Below the pieces are notes generated by a model that made no database searches, had not been told where the DNA came from, and worked only from the letters and a program-made list of their open reading frames with translations. A stretch of DNA of 64,000 nt from an uncultured Ectothiorhodospiraceae bacterium (GTDB lineage Bacteria > Pseudomonadota > Gammaproteobacteria > UBA9214), in NCBI GenBank assembly GCA_947258845.1, contig CAMYJZ010000002.1:5678-69677 (forward strand), written 5' to 3'. A program made the position numbers and the translations under genes. Shown piece after piece: positions 38,620 to 48,560 of this stretch. Each line of letters opens with the position of its first letter. Within the stretch, counting starts at the first letter, position 1.

Positions 38620-39102
38620 TCAATCGCGAAAATTGATATGTTGAAGGGGCAGGTCGATGCTGGCGTCGCGCAGCATGGCGATGATTTCCTGCAGGTCATC
38701 GCGTTTCTTGCCGTTGACCCGCACCTTCTCTCCCTGAATGCTGGCCTGCACCTTGAGCCTGGTTTCCTTGATCAGCTTGATGATTTTCCTGGCAGTATCC
38801 TGGTCGATGCCCTGGCGTACGGTAATGGCCAGAGAGGCCCTGTTGCCGCTGGATTCGATCTCGCCTTCCGCCAGGGCAGCGATGTCAATGCCGCGCTTGG
38901 CCATTTTCTTGTACAGGATGTCGAGCATCTGCTTAATCTGGAATTCATTTTCACTCTTCAGGGTGAGCGTGGTATCACCCTGTTCGACTGTGGCGCCGGT
39001 TCCCTTGAAGTCGAAACGGTTGCCTATCTCGCGATTGGTCTGGTCGACCGCGTTGGTGACCTCGTGGGTATCGACTTCCGAGACGATATCGAATGAAGGC
39101 AT
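38620..39102 (-). CDS. yajQ: YajQ-family nucleotide (c-di-GMP)-binding protein (UPF0234)
   Basis: 160 aa. MPSFDIVSEVDTHEVTNAVDQTNREIGNRFDFKG... is canonical YajQ. Confidence 0.9.
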   Translation of the reverse strand: MPSFDIVSEVDTHEVTNAVDQTNREIGNRFDFKGTGATVEQGDTTLTLKSENEFQIKQMLDILYKKMAKRGIDIAALAEGEIESSGNRASLAITVRQGIDQDTARKIIKLIKETRLKVQASIQGEKVRVNGKKRDDLQEIIAMLRDASIDLPLQHINFRD

Positions 39103-39233
39103 AGGGACTCCCGGTGGCCCTGCTGCGGGGCGGTGTGAACAAGGAGCGTTATTATAATCATCCGCTCGCTGGCAGAGAACCCGGGCACTGTGGCGACGGG
39201 ATTCCGGGATTTCCGCATTAACGGGCGGGGAGG

Positions 39234-40802
39234 CTAGCGCGTGAGACCAAGTAGCGCGCCCACCGAAACCAGTACCCTGGTGATGATGCCACGCCGTACA
39301 GGGGGTGCCGGTGGCTCAACCGTTTCCTCGGGCAATCGCCACTGCGAATGCTTGACTTCGGCGGGTGCCGGATCAGGGACGGGTTCGTCCTGGCCGCCTG
39401 CATCGACGCTGGTCTCCTGCCGGTCGGGGGGCGCCATCGCTATTCCATCATCTGCAGCCGCATCCTCGACTGCCTCTTCGAACCAGTCCGTAGCCGGCCG
39501 GGCGGTCGGTGCATCCGTGGAAATGGCGATCGAAAGCGTGGGTATCTCCCCGTCACGATCGGGCCCGGGCACGCTGCCGGTTAAGCGGTCATCAGGCGCC
39601 GGTCCTGCAAAGCTGCCCGGCAGCTCAGGTGGACTGTCGGCAAGGGCCCTGGCAGTGGTCGAATAGCCGGTATTTTCCTGTTCCTGCGGCTCGACCGGGG
39701 AGAACAGCTCGATTTCCTCGATATCGCCGGTCGTGTCGAGGGCCAGGTTCCCGGGTGTCGCGTCGGATCCGGATTGTTCCGCCACCGGGAAGGCCATTAC
39801 TGCCTCTTCCGGGGCCCGCTCCCCGGCGCCGTCAAATACCGGTTCCGCTACCTGTGTCGGGCCGCTGCCCTCGTAGACGACCTGGTTGCCACCCTGGCTC
39901 ATTGCGCGTAGCAGCCGCTGGTCGGCCAGGGAAACCAGCTCGTCGAGTCGTGTGTTTCTGCGTATGTCCGGCGCGGCAACGCCAATGCTTATACTCACGC
40001 GCACCACGCTGCGGTCGTGTTTGAAGATCCGGGCATTGATGTCCCGCCGTATGCGTTCGGCGAGATTGCGAACCCCGGTCCTGTTGACGCCGGGCGAGAG
40101 CAGGGCAAAGCGTGCGGTACCGATGCGTGAGGCCGTGTCTTCCAGGCGGATCACCGAGCCAAGGATATTGGCGGTTGCCTGGATGACAGATTCGGTAAAG
40201 GCCTCGCCGTATTCCTGGAACAGCCGGCCGAAGTCATCGATCTCGAGTCGGTACATGGCCAGGCTGCTGGAGTGCCGGATGGCATAGGAAAGTTGCTGAT
40301 AGCCACGTTCCATGAAGGAGATTTCATTGGCCAGTTCGGTCAGTGCATCAACCGTTGCATGGTCCTCCAGGGCGGTCACCTCCTGCTTCAGGGTGTTGGT
40401 GACGGCATGGGCATTGGCATGCGACTGGGTACGCGCCAGCAACAGGACGGAGTCGAACGGCTTGCCGATAAAGTCCGTTGCACCGGCCGCGCGTGCCTTT
40501 TCCATGGTGCCTTCGCTGTCATTGGCGCCGGTGATGATGATGACCGGCAGTTCGCTGATATGGAGCAGGGGTGAGTTCCTGATACGTTCCAGCAGGCCGT
40601 AGCCGTCCAGGTTGGGCATGGTGAGGTCGGATACCATCAGCGCGAATGGTTCCTGCGTGGTCAGAATCTCCCAGGCATGCTCGCCGTCGACGGCCTCGAC
40701 GGTATCGAAGTGGTTGCGCAGTATTTTGCGGGCGGTTACTCGAATGACCTTGGAGTCATCAACGATCAGCAGGCGCTGTTTGGTTGCAGGGCTATCGCTC
40801 AT
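39234..40802 (-). CDS. Response-regulator receiver (REC) fused to a degenerate GGDEF domain, with a ~200-aa Pro/acidic disordered tail and a C-terminal hydrophobic helix
   Basis: ORF 39234..40835. REC domain (LLIVDDSKVIRV..., phospho-acceptor D in MVSDLTMPNLDG). GGDEF-like fold with the active-site motif replaced (RIGTARFALLSPG where RYGGEEFAILLP is expected). C-terminus ...RRGIITRVLVSVGALLGLTR. Confidence 0.8.
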   Translation of the reverse strand: MSDSPATKQRLLIVDDSKVIRVTARKILRNHFDTVEAVDGEHAWEILTTQEPFALMVSDLTMPNLDGYGLLERIRNSPLLHISELPVIIITGANDSEGTMEKARAAGATDFIGKPFDSVLLLARTQSHANAHAVTNTLKQEVTALEDHATVDALTELANEISFMERGYQQLSYAIRHSSSLAMYRLEIDDFGRLFQEYGEAFTESVIQATANILGSVIRLEDTASRIGTARFALLSPGVNRTGVRNLAERIRRDINARIFKHDRSVVRVSISIGVAAPDIRRNTRLDELVSLADQRLLRAMSQGGNQVVYEGSGPTQVAEPVFDGAGERAPEEAVMAFPVAEQSGSDATPGNLALDTTGDIEEIELFSPVEPQEQENTGYSTTARALADSPPELPGSFAGPAPDDRLTGSVPGPDRDGEIPTLSIAISTDAPTARPATDWFEEAVEDAAADDGIAMAPPDRQETSVDAGGQDEPVPDPAPAEVKHSQWRLPEETVEPPAPPVRRGIITRVLVSVGALLGLTR

Positions 40803-41055
40803 ACCGGATCTCAAACGGGTGATTACAGTGCACATACTGATATCGACCCCCGGGACCTGATCTTTAGGCCCGGGGCAGTCCCCGGCCGGGCCCTGCGGGC
40901 ATTCATGGGCGTGCGGGCGAGGTGCTATGATGGGATGCAGTCGGGTCCGGGTTCCGGTCGGTGCGGACGGGCTGTGCGACTGCCGCCAGGGCCCGGCCGC
41001 GACTGCCGGTCGCGGGTTGGATCAGGTCCGCGAGCTATGGCAACGGGGTGTCGGA

Positions 41056-42405
41056 ATGAAGCAGAAACTACAGGAACTGGGAGCCTGGTTGTCCGCCTAC
41101 GTGTGGGGGGACGACCTGCGCCATCTGGGCGGTCTGCGCAAGGTGCTGGTGTTCATCCTGCGTGTCCTGCATATGCTGTTCAGGGAACTGCTGGGCGGCC
41201 AGCTGAATCTGCGCGCCATGAGCCTGGTCTATACCACGCTGCTGTCGCTGGTCCCGCTGCTCGCGGTCAGTTTCTCGGTGCTGAAGGGTTTCGGGGTGCA
41301 CACCAAGATCGAACCGTTGCTCTACAACTTCATGACACCGCTCGGGCCCAAGGGTATCGAGGTGGCGGACAGGATCATCAGCTTCGTCGAGAATGTCCAG
41401 GTGGGTGTACTCGGGTCCGTGGGCTTTGCGCTGCTGATCTACACCGTTGTCGCGCTGCTGCAAAAGATCGAAGCGGCCTTTAATTTCGTCTGGCAGATCG
41501 ATCACCTGCGTTCCATGTCGCAGCGCTTCAGCAACTACCTGAGCGTGATCCTGGTCGGTCCCGTGCTGGTGTTCAGCGCCCTTGGTCTCACGGCCACCAT
41601 TCTCAATACCGAACTTGCCCAGAAACTTATTACAGTCGAGCCGCTGGGTACCCTGGTGGTGTATTCGGGGAGACTCATTCCCTACCTGCTGGTATGCCTG
41701 GCATTTACGTTTATCTATATCTTTATTCCCAATACCCGGGTGCAGCCCAGGGCGGCGCTGGTTGGCGGTGTTATCGCCGGTGTGCTGTGGGAGACAACCG
41801 GCTGGGGATTTGCCACCTTTATCGCCTCCTCCTCGAAATATGCAGCTATCTACTCGAGCTTCGCCATCCTTATCATGCTGCTGATCTGGCTGTATATCAG
41901 CTGGCTTATCCTGCTGGTCGGTTCGCAGATTGCCTACTTCGTTCAGTACCCGAAATACATGACCCTGCACCGGGTAAGCTTCTCGCTGAGTAATCGCCTG
42001 CGGGAATACCTGGCCCTGCAGATCATGTACCTGGTCGGTTACAACCACTATTTCAACAAGCCGCCCTGGAACCTGGACACCCTGATCGAGCGGCTGGACC
42101 TGCCTGGTGAGCCGGTACACCGGGCCATTGCCGTACTGGTTGATACCGGCTACCTGGTCGAGATCAGCGGCGAAGACCCCCCGGTCTACCTGCCGGTGCA
42201 TGATATCGGCACCATGAGTCTGGTCGACCTGCTGACCGATACACGCCAGTCGGGGGAGAGCCATTTCCTCAATGTCGAACAACTGGAATCCAGCGAGGCG
42301 GTAGCCGGGGTGATGTCGGATATCGGTAAGGTCTATCTGGACACCCTGGGTGCCCGTACCCTCAGGGACCTGGTGCTGACCTCGGAACCGGCCCCGGGCC
42401 AGTGA
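41056..42405 (+). CDS. yihY: YihY/BrkB-family inner membrane protein (virulence factor BrkB / RNase BN-like) with a C-terminal extension
   Basis: ORF 40927..42405; MKQKLQEL at 41056. Six predicted TM helices and conserved YihY core motifs. Confidence 0.85.
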   Translation: MKQKLQELGAWLSAYVWGDDLRHLGGLRKVLVFILRVLHMLFRELLGGQLNLRAMSLVYTTLLSLVPLLAVSFSVLKGFGVHTKIEPLLYNFMTPLGPKGIEVADRIISFVENVQVGVLGSVGFALLIYTVVALLQKIEAAFNFVWQIDHLRSMSQRFSNYLSVILVGPVLVFSALGLTATILNTELAQKLITVEPLGTLVVYSGRLIPYLLVCLAFTFIYIFIPNTRVQPRAALVGGVIAGVLWETTGWGFATFIASSSKYAAIYSSFAILIMLLIWLYISWLILLVGSQIAYFVQYPKYMTLHRVSFSLSNRLREYLALQIMYLVGYNHYFNKPPWNLDTLIERLDLPGEPVHRAIAVLVDTGYLVEISGEDPPVYLPVHDIGTMSLVDLLTDTRQSGESHFLNVEQLESSEAVAGVMSDIGKVYLDTLGARTLRDLVLTSEPAPGQ

Positions 42406-42574
42406 TCCGCTTGCTTTCCGTTTCAGGAGCAGATTGGGGTGGCCGCCCTGTCACGGGTTGTCGGGCTGTTATCATTGCAGGTTCACGAACGTTGCCAAAC
42501 GTCGCGGATGGCAACGGCTACGTACATTCCCGGTGGCGCGCCTAGCGAACCGGTGGGCAGGGGAACAGGGGCTT

Positions 42575-42784
42575 ATGTCCGGGCAGTCGAAAAAGGTCGA
42601 ATCCTGTATCGAGGTCTTGTGCCAGCGAGGCTGCAGCCAGGTGAACGGCTACATCAAGGCGCTTGAAATGGGCGAGGAGTTTCCGGAGGTCGCGCACCTG
42701 AGTTTTCAGGAACGACGTGCGGTTTTGCGGGAGCTGGTCGCCATTATGGATGTTTATGACGGCGTCTGTGACAGCGACGATTAG
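42575..42784 (+). CDS. Hypothetical small Cys-containing protein (69 aa)
   Basis: ORF 42434..42784; the most plausible start is MSGQSKKVESCIEVLCQRGCSQVNGY... at 42575. No family recognised. Confidence 0.35.
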   Translation: MSGQSKKVESCIEVLCQRGCSQVNGYIKALEMGEEFPEVAHLSFQERRAVLRELVAIMDVYDGVCDSDD

Positions 42785-42799
42785 GGTTGTTTAGCCGGC

Positions 42800-43216
42800 A
42801 TGGTCTATCAGGAGCGCTTCCAGATCGCCACCCGCGGGCGCGGTACCTACCTGATTACGCAGGAGGTGAATGAGCAGGTGCGCCGTTCGGGTATCGCCAC
42901 GGGCCTGTGTCATGTGTTTATCCACCATACCAGTGCCTCGCTGATCCTGTGTGAAAACGCCGACCCGGATGTGCGTTCGGACCTTGAGCGCTATATGCAA
43001 CGGCTGGTGCCGGATGGGGATCCGCTGTTTGAACACACGGCGGAGGGGCCGGATGATATGCCGGCCCACATCAGGAACATTCTGACCAGTACCGATCTGA
43101 CCATTCCGGTCAGCCGGCATCGCTGCGAAATGGGTACCTGGCAGGGCCTTTACCTGTGGGAACACCGCAGTTCGGCGTTTCAACGCCAGCTGACGGTGAC
43201 TGTCTACGGGGACTAG
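42800..43216 (+). CDS. yjbQ: YjbQ-family protein (UPF0047; secondary thiamine-phosphate synthase-like)
   Basis: 138 aa. GLCHVFIHHTSASLILCENADPDV is the YjbQ signature. Confidence 0.85.
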   Translation: MVYQERFQIATRGRGTYLITQEVNEQVRRSGIATGLCHVFIHHTSASLILCENADPDVRSDLERYMQRLVPDGDPLFEHTAEGPDDMPAHIRNILTSTDLTIPVSRHRCEMGTWQGLYLWEHRSSAFQRQLTVTVYGD

Positions 43217-43222
43217 TCTCCG

Positions 43223-43702
43223 TCAGTGCTGAAGCGGTTGCGGCGTCCCGGTCTGCGCCTTGATGTCGAGGTCGGAGATACGTGGCGTATCACCCACCGG
43301 ATCCTCCGGGTCGACTTCCTTGACCAGGTGGTCGGACGCCGCGCCGGCGGTCGCATCCTGGCGGGCATCGGCGAGCCGATCCTTCCCTGAGGATTCCAGC
43401 AGGTCGATGTCGTTTTCATCGCTGCACAGGTGCTGCGCCCCGTTGGCAAGGTGTTCATAGACGGCGCGGTAACTCTGGGTCATTTCCTGCACCAGTTCGG
43501 AGGTGCGCATGAAATGCTGCGTGACCTGTTCCCGGTAATCGGTGAAGCGGTCCTTGAGTTGGTCCAGTTCTTCCTGCATTTCGCGGGACCGGCCATAGCG
43601 GGCAATCGCCAGGTAGGTTGCCATGCAACCCAGTACCAGGCCGATGGCAAAAATCAGTATCCCGAATACCCAGGTTGACGCAGTCCCGTCGAGTGGAATC
43701 AT
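43223..43702 (-). CDS. zapG: Z-ring associated protein G (YhcB/DUF1043 family inner membrane protein)
   Basis: 159 aa. N-terminal TM helix, then the coiled YhcB core (LDQLKDRFTDYREQVTQHFMRTSELVQEMTQSYRAVYEHL). Confidence 0.8.
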   Translation of the reverse strand: MIPLDGTASTWVFGILIFAIGLVLGCMATYLAIARYGRSREMQEELDQLKDRFTDYREQVTQHFMRTSELVQEMTQSYRAVYEHLANGAQHLCSDENDIDLLESSGKDRLADARQDATAGAASDHLVKEVDPEDPVGDTPRISDLDIKAQTGTPQPLQH

Positions 43703-43931
43703 CTGTGGCCTCTCCCCTTGAATTGATCAGTCGCTGTAGCTTACCCGATAACCGTATCTGTTACAGGGTTAGTTCCGCGCTATGTCGTACTCGCTGCTGG
43801 CCGCTGATTGTACCGGGTGCCGTGGTCAGGGGCACGGCCGCAAGGGCGCAGTCAGTCGCCGAACATTCTGGTAATATATTTATATATATCAGTAATTAAT
43901 ATAATATACTTAATAAAATACATAGGATTGA

Positions 43932-44651
43932 TCAGGCGCGCTGCCGGGGACGCGGACCGAAGATGGCGCTGCCGATGCGGACCATGGTGGCCCCTTCACT
44001 GATGGCGATCTCGTAGTCATCACTCATGCCCATGGACAGCTCGCTGAAGTGGGCTGTTCCGAAACGTGCTGCACAGGTATCGCCCAGTTCGCGCAGGCCG
44101 GTGAACTCGCGGCGCCGCCCGGATTCGCTGATCCCGCGCCGTCCGATAGTCATCAAGCCATGCAGTGAAACAGCGCCGAGTCCGGCGTCCAGGAATGTCT
44201 CGACAAACCCGGTAACGGCCTCCGGTTCCAGCCCGAACTTGTCCGGGTCACCCGAGATGTTCACCTGGAGGAGTGCCCGTAGCTGTTTGCCTGCCGCCCC
44301 GGCATGGCGGTCCAGCATGCGTGCGAGCTTGAGGCTGTCGAGGGTGTGAAACCAGGCAAAGTTGGCGGCGATATGCCGGGCCTTGTTGGTCTGCAGGTGG
44401 CCGATGAAATGCCATTCATTCTGCGGGTCCTGGATCAGCGGCAGCTTGCCCAGGGCTTCCTGCACAGTGTTCTCGCCGAACACACGCTGACCTGCCGCCA
44501 TGGCGCGGGCGATATGCGCAGGCGTCATGTACTTGGACACGGCAATCAGCCGAATGCCGTCCGGGTCACGGCCGGCAGATGCCGCTGCACAGCGGATGCG
44601 TTCGCGCACGTCTTCCAGGTTGTGCTGAATATCGGGCAAGCTTGTCGTCAT
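43932..44651 (-). CDS. yggS: YggS-family pyridoxal-phosphate homeostasis protein (PLPBP)
   Basis: 239 aa. RLIAVSKY (PLP Lys) and HFIGHLQTNKAR motifs. Confidence 0.9.
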   Translation of the reverse strand: MTTSLPDIQHNLEDVRERIRCAAASAGRDPDGIRLIAVSKYMTPAHIARAMAAGQRVFGENTVQEALGKLPLIQDPQNEWHFIGHLQTNKARHIAANFAWFHTLDSLKLARMLDRHAGAAGKQLRALLQVNISGDPDKFGLEPEAVTGFVETFLDAGLGAVSLHGLMTIGRRGISESGRRREFTGLRELGDTCAARFGTAHFSELSMGMSDDYEIAISEGATMVRIGSAIFGPRPRQRA

Positions 44652-44675
44652 CAGACCGGGGGTGTCAGCGGTTGC

Positions 44676-45632
44676 TCAGGGACAGACCCGGTTGCGTGCC
44701 GAGCCGGCCAGCCAGGCCTGGATGTTGGCGGTTATTTCATCGATGAGTCGCTGCCGCGCATTGATGCTGGCCCAGGCGATATGCGGAGTGACCAGCAGGC
44801 CGGGCATCGATACCTCCAGCAGCGGGTTGCCGTGACGCGGAGGCTCCGCTGCCAGCACATCAACTGCGGCCCCGGCTATGCGGCCGGTCTGCAGGGCATG
44901 GAGCAGGGCGCCTTCGTCCACGATGCCGCCACGCGCCGTGTTGACGAGGACGGCATCGCGGCGCATCAGGTCGATTTCCGCTGCCCCGATCAGATCGCGG
45001 GTTGCATCGGTCAGGGGGCAATGCAGGGTTACCACGTGGGATTCCGCCAGCAGGGTCTTCAGGGGAACGCGTCCCGGGCGTGGTGCGGCACCCGCGCGCT
45101 CGGCGACCAGCACCTGCATGCCGAAGGCCTCACCCATCCGGGCAACGGCCCTGCCCAGCTCGCCGTAACCGATAATCCCGAGCGTTTGCCCGTTGAGTTC
45201 GCGAATGGGAAAATCCAGCAGGCAGAACCCGTCGGCCTGCTGCCAGCGGCCACGGGTCACGGCGTCACGGTAGGCATATAGCTGCCTGTTGAGGATCAGG
45301 AGCTGGGCAAATACATGCTCGACCACGGACGGGGTCGCGTAGCCGGTGGCATTGCGGACGCTGATGTCACGCGCGCAGGCGGTCTCCAGGTCGATATTGT
45401 TGGTGCCGGTGGCGGCGATGCAGACCAGCTTCAGGTTCCTGGCCGCCAGCAGGGTGTCCCGGTCCAGCAGGACCTTGTTGCTGACGACGACGTCAACATC
45501 CCGTATCCGGTCTCTGACTTGGGCCGCCGTGGTGCGCGGGTAGGGTGTCCATTCAGGCAGGGTCGCGAACAGCGATCCCAGTTCCAGGTCGCCCCGGTCG
45601 ATGGTCTCGACATCCAGAAATACGCCACGCAT
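44676..45632 (-). CDS. D-isomer-specific 2-hydroxyacid dehydrogenase (glycerate/hydroxypyruvate reductase-like)
   Basis: 318 aa. NAD-binding GIIGYGELGRAV and the catalytic R/E/H pattern of the 2-HADH family. Confidence 0.85.
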   Translation of the reverse strand: MRGVFLDVETIDRGDLELGSLFATLPEWTPYPRTTAAQVRDRIRDVDVVVSNKVLLDRDTLLAARNLKLVCIAATGTNNIDLETACARDISVRNATGYATPSVVEHVFAQLLILNRQLYAYRDAVTRGRWQQADGFCLLDFPIRELNGQTLGIIGYGELGRAVARMGEAFGMQVLVAERAGAAPRPGRVPLKTLLAESHVVTLHCPLTDATRDLIGAAEIDLMRRDAVLVNTARGGIVDEGALLHALQTGRIAGAAVDVLAAEPPRHGNPLLEVSMPGLLVTPHIAWASINARQRLIDEITANIQAWLAGSARNRVCP

Positions 45633-45640
45633 GGCCGCAT

Positions 45641-46207
45641 TCAGTGCCTGCCCAGCATGCCCTGCTTCAGTGTCTTGCTGACCGGGTGCGGGCCCAGCCA
45701 GATCCTCAGCAGGGCGCGGTAGAAGCCGTCACCGGGGACGGTTCCGCGCGCCGTGTCGTTAATCAGGACCCGGGTCCCGGAGCCGGGGATGTGGTCGATG
45801 CGGATGACGTCACCCTCGTGCGCCGTGTCGAACAGCGTGTTGAAGGCGTCCAGCTGCGGCTGCAGGGCGGCCATTTCCTCCGCCGTGTGATTGGCGGCGA
45901 GGCCATCATCCCATCCCCCGGTTATCTTGTCCTTGCCGACCTCCTTGTGCAGAAAGTGCATGAGCACACTGGCGGGGCCGGTGTCAGCGAGGATGGCCGC
46001 GGCATCCCCGGTCTTCGCCGGCAGGTAGAGTGCGCCGACATAGATGTCCATGAAAAACTTCTTGCGGATCCCGGCACCATTGAGTACCAGTGAGGGGCCA
46101 TCCTCCGCCAGCGTGACTGTGTCGGGGATGTCCACGCCGGCAAGCTGGTGGGCACCCAGCGGCATGACGGTTGTCATCAGGCAGAACATCAATAGGAAAT
46201 TGCGCAT
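45641..46207 (-). CDS. Chalcone-isomerase-like periplasmic protein
   Basis: ORF 45641..46318; signal peptide start MRNFLLMFCLMTTVMPLGAHQLAG at 46207. CHI-like domain (FFMDIYVGALYLP...). Confidence 0.65.
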   Translation of the reverse strand: MRNFLLMFCLMTTVMPLGAHQLAGVDIPDTVTLAEDGPSLVLNGAGIRKKFFMDIYVGALYLPAKTGDAAAILADTGPASVLMHFLHKEVGKDKITGGWDDGLAANHTAEEMAALQPQLDAFNTLFDTAHEGDVIRIDHIPGSGTRVLINDTARGTVPGDGFYRALLRIWLGPHPVSKTLKQGMLGRH

Positions 46208-46262
46208 ACAGTTCTCTCCATGGACGATGTTGCGATAGGGGGTCGGTATTGCAATGGACGTG

Positions 46263-46811
46263 TCACCCGCGCCTTGCCGGGTGCCGGTCAATATTCTCGA
46301 CATACACCGGAAAGTCATTCTTCTTTACGTCGCTGTAATACTTCTCCAGGGACAGTTTCATGACGGGAAACGCCAGTTCGTTCCAGGGTATTTCGTGCTC
46401 TTCGAACAGGCGCACCTCCAGGCTTTCAGGGCCCGGGGCATATTCCTCTGCCTGCAGGCTGGCGCGGAACATCATGTAGACCTGGCTGATATGCGGGATG
46501 CTGAATACCCCGTAGAGTGTCATATTTTCCAGGCGCGCACGGGCCTCTTCCCAGGTCTCGCGTGCCGCCGCCTGCTCGGTGGTCTCGCCGTTTTCCATGA
46601 AACCCGCCGGCAGGGTCCAGAGTCCGTGGCGCGGTTCGATGGCGCGCCGGCACAGCAGCAGGCGGCCATTCCACTCGGGGATGCACCCGGCGACGATCTT
46701 CGGGTTCTGATAGTGAATGGTGTGGCATGACTCACAGACAAACCGGGAACGGTCATCGCCGTCGGGGACCTTCTCGATGACCCGGGCGCCGCATGAGCTG
46801 CAATAGATCAT
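46263..46811 (-). CDS. NUDIX hydrolase with an N-terminal zinc ribbon
   Basis: ORF 46263..46844 (MIYCSSCGA at 46811). Zn ribbon CSSCG...CESC. NUDIX box GFMENGETTEQAAARETWEEA. Confidence 0.75.
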   Translation of the reverse strand: MIYCSSCGARVIEKVPDGDDRSRFVCESCHTIHYQNPKIVAGCIPEWNGRLLLCRRAIEPRHGLWTLPAGFMENGETTEQAAARETWEEARARLENMTLYGVFSIPHISQVYMMFRASLQAEEYAPGPESLEVRLFEEHEIPWNELAFPVMKLSLEKYYSDVKKNDFPVYVENIDRHPARRG

Positions 46812-47021
46812 TATAAAGTATGGTGTTTTTACTGGTGTACGCACGTGCTACCTCTGGACAATAGCATATCTTCAAAATATAAGTCAGGCTTGAAATATCT
46901 ATAAAATACCGGGTTTAAAACAAGAATTGTGAGATCGCGCACGCAATGATGTGCTGAACTGTATAAAAGTGATTCTCGTCAAATAACAATTTCCAAACAT
47001 TCTTTCCCGGCGTGTTTTGAG

Positions 47022-47972
47022 GTGAAGACTATGAAAACTGGAACAGGTTTCCTGGTGATATCCATGCTTGCCCTCTCGGGCCTGGCGTTGATGCTGACGG
47101 CATGCGGCGGAGGTGGCGGGTCTTCCACCGGCACGCTGAATCTGTCGCTCACCGATGCGCCGATTGATTCGGCAGATGAAGTGGTGGTGAACTTCGTCGG
47201 TGTGGAACTGCAGCCGGCCGGGGGCGAGCGCCTGTTATTCGATTTCACGGCGGAGGGCGAAATGTGCGAGATCGATCTGACGCCCTGCTCGATTGATCTG
47301 ACCCTTTACTCCGAAGGGGAAACGGTCCCATTGCTCGACGGCGTCACGGTGCCGGCAGGGCAGTATGCCTGGATGCGCCTGATTCTGGCCGAGGATCCAG
47401 GATACATCATGATTAATGGTGAGCAGTCGCCCCTGCAGATTCCCAGTGGTGCGCAAACCGGGCTGAAGCTGCACAGTGGTTTTGTCGTGGCGGCGGGCAG
47501 TGTGACGGATTACACCGTGGATTTCGACCTGCGCAAGTCAGTACACCTGCCTTCCTGCGATGGCTGCGACTATAAACTGCGACCCACACTGCGCCTGATC
47601 GATAACCTGGAGGTGGGTACACTGACCGGTATGGTTCACTCGGATTTGATTACGGAGAACTGCAGTGGTGCGGTGTATGTCTTCGAGGGGACGGTTACCA
47701 CGCCCGATGACGAGGACGGGGCAGGCATGGGCGGTCCCGACCCCATCGCCTCGGCCCGGGTTCCGATGGATGGTGTGTATGGCTATACCGTGGGCTTCCT
47801 GCTGGAAGGGGACTATCTCGTAACGTTTACCTGCGAGGCCCTGGACGACACCGAGGCCGACGAGATCATCAACTTCGCAGGGACCGACAGTGTTCATATT
47901 ATTGCGGGCGAAACTACGGAACATGACATTGTTCCAGTGGCGCCATTGTTACCGGTGCCCGATCCGGTCTAG
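47022..47972 (+). CDS. DUF4382-type lipoprotein (lipobox LTAC, Gly-rich linker)
   Basis: 316 aa. MKTMKTGTGFLVISMLALSGLALMLTACGGGGGSS... I recognise the family only weakly. Confidence 0.6.
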   Translation: MKTMKTGTGFLVISMLALSGLALMLTACGGGGGSSTGTLNLSLTDAPIDSADEVVVNFVGVELQPAGGERLLFDFTAEGEMCEIDLTPCSIDLTLYSEGETVPLLDGVTVPAGQYAWMRLILAEDPGYIMINGEQSPLQIPSGAQTGLKLHSGFVVAAGSVTDYTVDFDLRKSVHLPSCDGCDYKLRPTLRLIDNLEVGTLTGMVHSDLITENCSGAVYVFEGTVTTPDDEDGAGMGGPDPIASARVPMDGVYGYTVGFLLEGDYLVTFTCEALDDTEADEIINFAGTDSVHIIAGETTEHDIVPVAPLLPVPDPV

Positions 47973-48490
47973 GGAGTTCTGACAGCAGCAGCCAGCAGCA
48001 GCCCGAGCAGGGTCTTGGCGTCATCAAGGGTGCCATCCCTGACCTGCTGCAAGGCGGTTTCGAAATCCAGCCAGTGCACCTCGATCAGTTCGTGTGCGTG
48101 GTGCACCGTCGGCACTGACTCCAGGCGGCGTGCGAGGTAGAGGTGGATCACCTCGTCGCAGAAGCCGGGCGTGGTCAGACACTGCCCCAGCTTCTGCCAG
48201 TCTGCCGCCTCCAGCCCGGCCTCTTCGGCCAGTTCCCTTTTTGCCGTCGTCTTCGGTGTCTCACCGGGGTCAATCTTGCCGGCCGGCAGTTCCCACAACC
48301 AGCCGCCGGCGGCATGCCGGTACTGGCGCAACAGGCAGACCCGGTCGGCGTCATCCAGCGCCACCACGGCCGCACCACCGGGATGACGTACCACCTCCAG
48401 GTCCAGGGGTTCCCCGTTGGGCAGGGTCAGCGACTCGATGCCGAGCCGAACGACGCTGCCCTCGTAGATTGACCGGGTGTTATGGGACAA
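47969..48490 (-). CDS. NUDIX hydrolase (ADP-ribose pyrophosphatase-like)
   Basis: ORF 47969..48619. Perfect SD AAGGAG 6 nt upstream of TTG at 48490 (LSHNTRSIYEGSVV...). NUDIX box GKIDPGETPKTTAKRELAEEAG. Confidence 0.75.
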   Translation of the reverse strand: MSHNTRSIYEGSVVRLGIESLTLPNGEPLDLEVVRHPGGAAVVALDDADRVCLLRQYRHAAGGWLWELPAGKIDPGETPKTTAKRELAEEAGLEAADWQKLGQCLTTPGFCDEVIHLYLARRLESVPTVHHAHELIEVHWLDFETALQQVRDGTLDDAKTLLGLLLAAAVRTP

Positions 48491-48560
48491 TGCGATCTCC
48501 TTGTGTGTGGTGCCGTGTATGATTTCCCGATGATACTGGAGTGGAGAATACGGCGCCCGG

